Under the pieces are notes generated by a model, which did no database searches, was not told where the DNA came from, and saw only the letters and a program-made list of their open reading frames with translations. From the NCBI RefSeq assembly GCF_009914755.1, contig NC_060928.1: DNA of 64,000 nucleotides. One strand, written 5' to 3'. The DNA comes from the human T2T-CHM13v2.0 reference genome, Homo sapiens. Position numbers and translations under genes: made by a program. Positions 53,986 to 64,000 of this stretch are shown piece by piece. The number at the start of each line of letters is the position of its first letter. Positions within the stretch are counted from its first letter, which is position 1.

Positions 53986-56900
53986 TTACTCTACTGGTCC
54001 ACAATGTTATCATATGAGAAAATTAGAAATGGCCGACATGATTTGCCTGTTAAAACACCGAATTGCACTTTACTCTATAACCTAATCTACTCTCGATATT
54101 TCTAAATATTTTTTCATTGTTTTCCAGGAATCTTTAAAAGTCCTTTGGCACCAGACACCATGTTTTCCCCCTTTTTAAATACACTAATGGTTTTGCCAAA
54201 CCTTAATCTATTGAAATGTCGTCTGCACAGAGTCTCTTGCCAATATAGATGCAGAAAACATACTCACTGCCAACATCTAATGGAGGCGACCTATTATGTA
54301 ATAATCAAAGACAACCTTTCCCACCTAAGAATTTGAATTTGAAAGCCAAAAATCCATTTCCTGGAAAAAAAATTTGAAAAATTGTGTTAGGCCTAAAATT
54401 CAACCCAACTCAATGTACTGCTATGATTATCTATTGCTATGTAACAAAACTACCCAAAACAAAACAATTTATTTTTGTCCTAGGGGTTGACTGGACTCCA
54501 CTGGTAGGTTCTTCTGTTGGGTCTGTCATGTGGTTGTAGTTGGTTGGCCATTGAGCTGACTTAAAGGCTTCCCTGAACTATGGCCCCAAGATGGCTCATG
54601 CACATGGCTGGCAGTTGCTATGGGCTGTTGGCTGGCAACACAACAGGGGTCATTGACCAGGGTGCCTGTTGCAACTTCGGGCATTCAAGGCTGTCAGGCA
54701 GGTCAACTCAGGACTGCAACAGGCACAGCAGCCAACAGCCGGCTGAGATGGCCCCATTGTTATCTCCATTACATCCCCTATACACAAAGTTACATCATTG
54801 GAAGCCCTTTAAACTCATGGAAGGATCCTATGACATTTAGAAGTCTTGTTCTTTGTGCGGTGTGAAGACCTCTAGAACTACATTCTAACATCCTTGGAGG
54901 CTAGTTAAGTACTTGACTTTCAGTTGGTCAAGCCTGAGTTCCCAACTGAGTAGTTTTTGTCAACTTTCTAAAGCTCTTCTATAAAATGGAGACATCACCT
55001 CACAAAGTTGTGGTGAGGTTAAAGAAGGATAAAATGTGTGAGGTACTTTGTACACTACCTGGTATATAATGATAGGTTAATGAGTGGTATTATTAATATT
55101 ACCATTAATATCATCATCGTTTTGCAGGGAAAAGAAAGGCTACATTTGGAAGAAAAGAGATTATTTTTATATTTTGAGAATGGATACACTAAAATATCAT
55201 ATTATGTCCCTCTTTTATGTTGCCAAGAGTTCTATTTTCAGATAAAAGGTCAAATGACACTATTCAGCTTACATAGTTTCATTTTTTCTTGTCTGAATAT
55301 ATTTCTTATTCTATATGTAGTAAAAAAATATTATAAAAAGGGGAAGGTGTGTGTGTGTGTGTGCGTGTGTGTGTCTACACTCTGGGGATACTTAGATGAC
55401 ATAAGACTCTTGTCTGTCTTTGAAATTTCACTCATCCTTGAGGCCTTCTTTGCCTGTTAATTTCCTGGTGCAAACTTCCCCTCCCAAACCTCCCTACAGG
55501 TGTCTCTTTCCTTGATGTCCCACAGTATGGTTTCACCTCTGAGCTTGAGTTGTGTTAGGGGAACTGGGCATGTGTTCTTGTCCCCAGTGTGCCATATGCT
55601 ACTTGAAAGCAAAGACTGACCACCCCCCACCATGTCTCTCTTCACCCTGATTCACTCACTAGCTCTAGTACGTGCCAAATAGTTTTCTGTTGAATTGAGT
55701 GTGGTCCAACTCCCTCATTTTATAGTTGAAGGAACTCAAATCCAGACAGGTCTGTGACTTGTCTACGGTCACAGAGTCAAGCCAGAACTAGAATCTCAGC
55801 TTCTTCCTCCCTAGTAAGTGCCTTTGTGCTCTACCAGCCAATGCTGTGGCCTGCTGGGACATGTGGGGCAGGTCGACAGTGGGACTCAAGGAACCAGGTA
55901 TGCTTGTCTGCCCATGGGATTACAGACAGGTTCTCTGAAGACACTTTATAATTGCCTTCCTATCATAATCCCTAACTACTGGTGTGGCCCCATGGGGAAC
56001 AGCATGGCCTACATCGAGGAGAGCGTTTTACAGCTAGAAATGGCCTGACAACAGACATTGGAGATTGCACAGCAGAAAGGCACTGGGCCCTGAGTTAAGC
56101 AGGTCTGGATTTGAATGCTATTTCTTCTGCTTCTAGCTGGTTGATCTTGTGGAAATTACTTCTCTTTTCTAAGTCTCAGTTTTCTCATCTGTTAAGTGGG
56201 AGTTAAAACATCCACTTGGAAGGCACAAAATAAGTTACCAGCACAGAAAACTGTTATGTATTAATATTTTTGACAATGACACTGTGTTCTGATTGTCCAT
56301 AAATTCAAGTTTGTTGTTACACCAAATATCTATTCACAATTTCATTTCCTATTCTCTGCCCCTGTATATAAGGCTCACAGGCCTTAGCTCTTTGCTTCCT
56401 GCTTGCATAAGTCCTTTTACTGGAGTTCTTAAGGAACCAACTTTGAAGAGGCTCTAAGTGTCTGGGGGTGGAGACCCCTTTGACCCTAGGAGTTCCTGGC
56501 TACTTGGGGCTTTCACATGCTCTCTCTGCCTCTTCCCTAGACTCTCTGTCTGTTACATATTTGCTTGAAGGAGATATTCAAATAAGGCATTCATCAAGAT
56601 ACAGTATATTAAACAAGGTGCCAATATATACTTGTGCTAGGCACCCAGAGAAAAGCACCATTAGTAGGATTTAGAAGTGTTTACTACCTTCTGGAAAATA
56701 TGATACTTCAGCTGTGCTTGAAGGAGGGATACAGCTAGGATCAAGAGTTTGGTCAACTCACATGTGGTAGCTCTCGATAAAATGAGCAGGATACAGTGTA
56801 GGTGCTACAGAAAGACAGTATGGTATGGTATGAAAGTTGGGCATGAGGGCAGAGGTTGCTGGAAAATTGCAATGATGGCCCCAGTTTTCCCCCTGCCCCT

Positions 56901-59742
56901 ACCCCCTTTCTCTGCTATGCAACTTTGCAGTGCCCTCTTACTCTGAGCTAATAGCCTGGGCATGCTCATCTGGTGATGACAGAGGCACAGAAGAGCAAAG
57001 CCCAAAGTTCAAGGCCATTTGAAGATATAACTTGTGTCAGATCTGCTAACAACCCATTGTCCAAAGCAAGTGGCATGGTTTAGTCCACTCTCAAAGAGCC
57101 AAGAAGAAAAGTGACATGAGTGAAGTAGGCTCTATGAGCCAGCAGGTGTGTGCACAATGGTACAGAGAGGAAGACCAAAGTTCAGCTAGCCCCTGTAGCC
57201 TGCTAGCTCCTGTCTTCCTTCCCAGCCAACTTTCACTCAACTGCACAATAGAAACTGAGGGAAGGGCATGGTGGAGGATGTTTTTGATCTCTTGGAAGTT
57301 CCATTTCTGCCCTCTCACTCATTGCGACTTGAACAGGTCATTGCCTCCTGCTTGTCCTCCTTCATTTTTCTTTAGTGTAAATCCTTGCTCTAAACTCATC
57401 CCATTTTTTAAAAGCTCAGTGGATACAGGACACTCAACAAATTGTCAGTGGCTCCTCATGACCTACCAATAAATTCCAAACTCTTTAGCTAGACAATCTA
57501 AGAACTTTCTAACCCATAAGCTATTTATATTCTGCTTTGTATTGGGGCTATTTCTGCAGAAATCTTATCTTTACTACTCAATTGTTAGCTTCTTCAGGGG
57601 AGGGATTGGGAGTTATCTAGCATTTATCAGAGAGCTTGTCTTATAACAAGCACTTAATATATTTTTTGACTCTGTGTTAAGATAAAGCATTGAACAGCTC
57701 CAAGACATGGTGAATGCAATCCTGTCTGTAGTGGAAAGAGTACTGGACCTGGAGTTAGAAGACCCTGCTCTCGGTACTGATTGCTTCTTGTCACTTGGTG
57801 ATGTTGGAACAATCATCTATTCTCCCTGAGTATCATTAATCTTAACTGATAGATGGAAGTGATAATATCAACTTCCTTGGTTATTCTAAAAAATGAAATG
57901 GCCAGTAAAGAAGAAAAAGTTGCAGGGTAACCTAGAAAGAAATGTCACTGAATTATTATTCAAACCAGAGCCTTTGAAGGACCCAAGTTTGTCACTACCA
58001 GACCTATGACAGTGCAGAGTTTAATAGCACTTTCTTTTCACTAAAGTCAGTTAAATAAATGATCTTTTGCAAAGCTAAAACCATAATTTTATTTCAACCA
58101 GTTATAGGTATTAAAACTAGAAGTAACATCATTGAGTGAAAGGTTTTAGATGAGATAAATGAATGGGATTTGTTAGAAGTAAAAAGTAAAGGGTAAGAAG
58201 ACATGATTATACCCACTTTACAGTCCATGGAGACAAAATGATTTACACAAGCTAGCAAGCTATAAACCAAATACTATATTAGACATCTTAGGAAGAGAGG
58301 AAAAAAGTGTCTATATTACACACACGCAGAGCCATCTTTAGTTACTCATAGAGCATAGGAACAATTTCTTAGACTGCTTCAGGCTGTCAAGGTATGGATC
58401 CCCCAAGGAATAGTTTTGAAGTGAAGGGAGCTTTCACTAATGGCAAAGCCAGCCAAGAATTTCCCATGTGAAAATTTATCAGTAATCACCACAATTTGGC
58501 AACATTGCAGAAGTAAAGACTTTTGTCTTACCCTATCACAAAATCAAGCTCACCAGGTTTGTGACAGTCTTGGTATAGTCTAAACCCTGGATACCCAAAG
58601 CTCAGGTAGCTTAACAATGGAGAGACATTCTGTCTCACCAAGTGAGACTTTTATTGCTTTGAGGAGAGATTGCAAGTGCTGAGAGAGAAGGAGGAGGGTC
58701 ATGGGTGCAATAAGAAGCTCTACTTTCTACCCTAAGGCTTTTTTCCATTCAGGTTTTGCAGGTATCTTGCTGAAAGCAGTTCCATTTCCTCTTGCACCTT
58801 CCTCCTAACTGCCCCTGAGATCTCTGCTGGCAAAAGATGGAGTGGCAAAAGAGGGAGTGGCTCTAAATAGCCCAGACAATGTTCTTAATGGCCATTCAAT
58901 TTAAAACTCCAACTGTAACTATAAACCCAGCCATAGTGACCTTGTACCTCTTGGTTATGATCAGCCTTGCCAGTAAGCAAAGGAAATGGCTGCTTTCACA
59001 GCAACAAGTGGAAGGCTTGAGCAGACCCTTCGGTGAGGAAACGTTGCCCCTTTACCTACATCTGCCTGAAATTCATTCAATACTTAGATGATCTTAAAGA
59101 TCATCTGACAAATCATCCAAATAGAGAAGCAGAGTCCCAAAGAGATGAGGGAATTTGCCCTAGATTATCCAGCAAATTAGCAGCAGAGTAAACACAGAAC
59201 CAAGTTCTCACCACCTTAGTCCAGCCCACTTTCCAGGAGTCCACACTCGAATCCCCAGTTACTTAGTAGCATCCAGCATGGATTGGTGGAGCTCATAAGC
59301 CACCTCCCTGGGCTGGACACTAGAGGGAAAGGTGAGTCAGAAGTGATCTCCACCCAATATGTTCTCTCGGTCTAGACAGAGATACTTAAAACAAAGACAA
59401 ACATAACCCAATGGAGTAAGTGTTTCACTGGAGGCTTGCACAAGTGCTAGGGGAAAACAGAAGAGAGAACACTCCCTATAGAGAGACAGGGTTGAAGAGG
59501 CCTCTGTGAAAAGATGGCAGTTGATCTGACTTTCAAAGGACAAATGTGATGTAACAAGAAAATAAAGGAATATATACAATAAAAATAGAGTTGTGTTCAT
59601 AGAACCCTGAGAAGGTTCTATATAGGCCATCTCTCAAGGACAGAAGGGTGAGAAATGCTAGAAAATGGGCCAGAACCAGATCTTGGATTACCTTCTACAT
59701 CATGATAAAGGACATGGGTTTTACCTAGTAGGCAAGGGGAAG

Positions 59743-60169
59743 TGCACTAGTTTGCTAGGGCTTCCATTAACAAAGTACCACAGACTGAGTAGCTTAAAGG
59801 ACAAAAATGTATTGTCTCACAGTTCTAGGGACTGAAAGTCTGAGAACAAGGTAACAGCAGAGTTGGTTTCTTCTAAGCCCTGTGAAGAAGAATCTTTGTC
59901 ATGCTTCTCTCCAAGCTTCTGGTGGTTTGCTGGCAATTACCCCAATCTCTGCACTCACCTTAAGTACTCTCCCTGTGTGCATGTCTGTGTTAAGATTTCC
60001 CTTTTGCATAAGAACATCAGTCATATTGGATTAGTGCCTATCCTAATGGACAAATTCTAATTTGATTCTCTCTGTAAAGACACTGTCTCCAAATGAGGTC
60101 ACATTCTGAGGTACTGAGGGGTAGTACTCCAACATTTCTGTTTGGAGGGACACAACCCATTCCATAACA
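59743..60169 (-). mobile_element. MaLR LTR (MLT1C-like)
   Basis: tagtttgctagggcttccattaacaaagtaccacagactgagtagctta ... ggtcacattctgaggtactg..ccataaca. Confidence 0.82.
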
Positions 60170-60842
60170 AAAGGTGTCTGAAGAGTTACAAGCAGGAGAG
60201 GGAATCTGTTACGTATGCATGCAAGGTTGACCATAATGTACACCATAAGGAAGACAGATTGGAAAGAAGTATGTCTGGAGGCAGGAAGACCAGATGTAGT
60301 GTCCAGGTAAGAGGGCATAAGAGCTAAATTCTCAGCAGCAGAAGCAAAATATAGTGGAGGGCATCAGGTCAACATGTAGCTATGCAAAATTTGGAGACCA
60401 ATTTAATGCTGGAGATGAGGGAGAGTGAGACATTTAACAGGTCTCTGAAGCTTTTAGCTTGAGTAAATTGGAAGAACGGTGACACCGTTTACTGAAAAAA
60501 TAAACAAAAGGAAAAGAGCAGATTTTAGATAAGGGAGACTAATTTTAGTCTCAGGCTTCTTGAGTCTAAATTGTCTACATGCATCCAAGTGAAAATATTG
60601 AGTAGGCAGCTGGAAGTATGAGAAAGAATGGAGTTTTCTTGCCATGGTTATTTCAGAAGACCTACTAAGTAAGTGGCAGTTGGCTGAGATTTTGAAATAT
60701 AAATGTGAATGACAGCAGACATTCTTGGCTGCATAACTAACCCCTCAACTCTGTTTTCTTCTTTCTTCATGGCAAATCCCTGATTTTGTTCAAATGTTTA
60801 TTTTCCCATGTGCTCAAGGAAGATGTCTCTAGCCTAGACCTT

Positions 60843-60990
60843 GGAAGAGAAAAGAAAGAAAGGAAGGAAGGAAGAAAAGAAGGGAGGGAGGAAAAGAGAG
60901 GGAAGGAAGGAAGGAAGGAAGAAGGGAGGGAGGGAGGAGAGGGAGGGAGGGATGGGAGAAGAGAGGAGAAGGAGAGGAAACTAGGAAAGA
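60843..60990 (+). repeat. Polypurine (GGAA/GGAG) low-complexity tract
   Basis: Almost entirely A/G; (GGAA)5 at 60901-60920. Confidence 0.92.
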
Positions 60991-63900
60991 GATTCTTTTT
61001 TAATGAACCAAGAGACTCATTAACTTATAAAGCTGATAAAATCTCAGGTGAACATCTGATTTAGCCCTCTGATTTCAGAGGGGTCAGGTATTAATAGGCC
61101 TATTTTAAAGCCTCACATCTGGTATTTCTACTCAAGAAAAGATTTGCATTCTATCTTTTTTTTTTAGCCATTCTTTTAACCTACTCTTCCTGCTCTTTCT
61201 CTTTCCTGTTCTTTCTTTCCAATTTTTAAACATCCAAGTTACCTTTTTTTTTTTCTTTTCCCACTCACATTTCCTTATGTCACTTTCTTGTTCTGGAATA
61301 TGGCTCTCGCTGTGGTATACAGTATTAAATATGTCTTAACAAGAAGAGAATACAAGGAGGAGAGTTTAAAACCCACAAACTGTGATTTATGCATAGGATT
61401 GATATACTGACTACAAAGCGATGGTTGAAAAAATTGAGTCAAGTTGGAGTCATTTTTACTAATGAGGAAGTGTCCATGGCCACAAAGTCAGCTTAGAAAA
61501 TACAGGGATCTCATGCTATTCCTCTGCCCCTTGCCCACTGCAGACATAACTAATCCATCATGGTATTCCTTTTCATTTGACACTAGAATCAGCCTTAAGT
61601 CCCTTTTCTTTGCATCCCTTTAAGTAGCCACTAACAGTAGCCTGTCTGTCATGCATGATGAAACATTTTGCCATTCTGGACCCAAACTCTGCAGTAGGCT
61701 AAAGCTAGAGGAGTTAGCAATTGGGTTAAGATGTCAAGGGAATTGTCTATGTAACATAATTATTCATTCATTTACCCATTCCACAGGTTTTTACTAAATA
61801 TCATCTCGATATGTTGAACACTGTTATAAATAAGGCACAGTGGTTCTAGGAATATATGGGCTAGTTATTGAGGTAGGTAAGTCAGCAAATCTTCACATTC
61901 CTGGATTATGGACGCTTAGCTAGTGTTAACCTATGTAGGTTCTGAAAGTATAGAGTAGGTGCCCCAAACCCAGCCTTGGTGACACTTGATGTGAATGGTA
62001 ACCTTTGGGATTGGGCAACACTGCAACCCCAGCTTATGGTATAGACAGAGTACTTTACCCACTTCTATATTCTGCTGTTCCTAGGCTGCTATCACATTAG
62101 CATTTCTTTCTGCTCATTCTGTGCATGTTTCACTGTATGGAGCTCCATTAGTTTCTGTGTCAGCTGTTCACTCAATAATTCATTCATTCAGCTGATCATT
62201 CTCCAATACTGATTGACCTTTTGTTAGGTGTCAGATACTGTGCTGGACACTGGGAGTTCGTTGTTGAACAAACAAGGTCTCTATGCTTATGGTGCTTATA
62301 TTTTACTAAGGAAAGACACATGATAAATAAATAAATCAATAAGAAAATTTTAGGTTGTGATGAGTTCTGGGGCATAAGTAAAACAGAGTGATGTAGCCAG
62401 GCCCTTTTCCAGTTCAGAAGTCAGCAAAGTCCCCTCAGGAGACAACATTTTGGGAGAGACCTGAACGATGAGAAAGAGCCAGACAGGCAATGGTCCTGAG
62501 AAGTTTGTTGCAGCAATGGAAACAACAAACACAAGGGCCCTGCATCCTTCCCACGCAGCTTCTGTATCCAACCTTATTGCCTTTTTGATTACCTAGCCCA
62601 GTGACAGACCTCAAGATACCCAGTGATTTTGAGAACAATGCTATGGTCATCCAGCTTCTCTGTAATTCTTCATCACATCACCACTTTAATCATAGCACTA
62701 TGATGGATAGAGAAGTACTGGCTATGGGTGCTTTAGCCACATGACCCTTACCTTCCTAAGATCACCCTTCCTTAACTCTTGATCTTAGCCTTAGTTGCTC
62801 CACTAGCTATTCAACAGGTAAGGAATTTTATCTTGCCCTGGAGTTTTGGGTTAGAAAGAAGGTAGTATCCTGGAAGTTTTCCTCTTGGAAGAACATTCCA
62901 CCAAAAAAGCAAACCTTCGACTTCCTCAGTGCTCTATTTCCAAACTCCTCCTGGGTACTAAATGTTAGTTGAGGGTCAGAGTCATGCTTTAATGAAGAAC
63001 CACTAGTCATCTCAGGCACTGCCATGGAAACAAGCATGGGAGAAGAGAAACTGCCAGCATTGTAAACCCATCATCTCCTTTTAGCCCACTATATAAGGCT
63101 TCCATTCTCCCTGCAGCTGGTGATATCCCGGCTCAGCCATGGACAGTGGAGCATGTTTCAAGCCTGAGTTTTTCAGTGTGTGTTATCTGATTGTGTTCCA
63201 TAGGACATCAATAGGTTCTGTGCCAAAAATAAAGATAATAGGAATGAGTGGTTTCTGTTGTTCTATATGCTATTTACCTACTTATTTTCTTAAAGATATG
63301 CCAGAACTTCTGATAATACACTATTGTGTAAGCACATGTAAAATTCTGTGAATAGTATATGGCACATAGGGAGTGACCATTTAATGGTTTCATGAAGCCA
63401 TTAAACTCTAGGTTTCATTATTTTATCAGTCAGGATAGGCATGCTTATGCTTCTATAAAAAACAATCTCAAAATCTCAATGGTTTAGAAAAACAGTTACT
63501 TCTTCATCCTACATGTTCATTACATGCTGTCTGTGGGGCAGGGGTTGGGGTCATCTTTATTCTGGAAATGGCATCACTTACAGAGGCAGGAAGAAAAGCA
63601 GACAGAAAATGTGAACACTAGCACTTCTGCATGTCACTTCTACTCATATTTCATTGGCCCAAGGAGTCACCTGTCTGTAGCTAACTTCAGTAACAGCAAA
63701 AATACATTTTTTCAATATACCCAGAAAGGGAGTAAGATTGCATATTGGTAGGTGGTCATAAGGCTTACATCAGCAATCATCTATGTATTTACTTTTTATC
63801 ATTATTATTATTTTCATTGTTATCTCTATCAATATGTCTCTCCAAGAATAAAAAATCATGTATTTTCAAAATTATTCCAAGAATCACTCTCTTTCAGAAC

Positions 63901-64000
63901 ACTGATTGGTAAGGAACACAGCTTGGATTATGCTCTTCTCTGTAATCACTCAGAATAACTCCCACTTTGCTCTACCCCTCCCACACTTTACTTACAGTTC

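Noticed and set aside
59314-59330. CTCF-like tggacactagagggaaa
   Set aside because: It has mismatches at the conserved CC and GGC positions, so it cannot be supported without a PWM score or ChIP data.

Overview
This is primate (hominid-like) genomic DNA that appears non-coding, either intergenic or deep intronic. It is dominated by interspersed repeats: Alu, L1PA/L1PB/L1M, L2, MIR, MaLR/ERVL/ERV1 LTRs and MER DNA transposons. I found no credible host protein-coding exon; the only long ORF (1853-2824) is the C-terminal part of L1 ORF2. The most notable items are: (i) a two-LTR MaLR provirus with a young L1PA inserted in its 3' LTR; (ii) two L1 3' ends of different ages inside one 20-bp target-site duplication (TSD), a likely 3' transduction; (iii) a 110-bp, 104/110-identical copy of a MIR-derived segment 2.09 kb from its donor, a likely templated insertion; (iv) an orphan CpG island with promoter-like motifs at about 24.75-25.2 kb; (v) a near-consensus CTCF site; (vi) a trimeric Alu and a closely spaced inverted Alu pair; (vii) a three-level LTR nest. 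I see no evidence for a new multi-gene system. Repeat subfamily names come from recalled consensus features, not a database search, and boundaries without TSDs are approximate.
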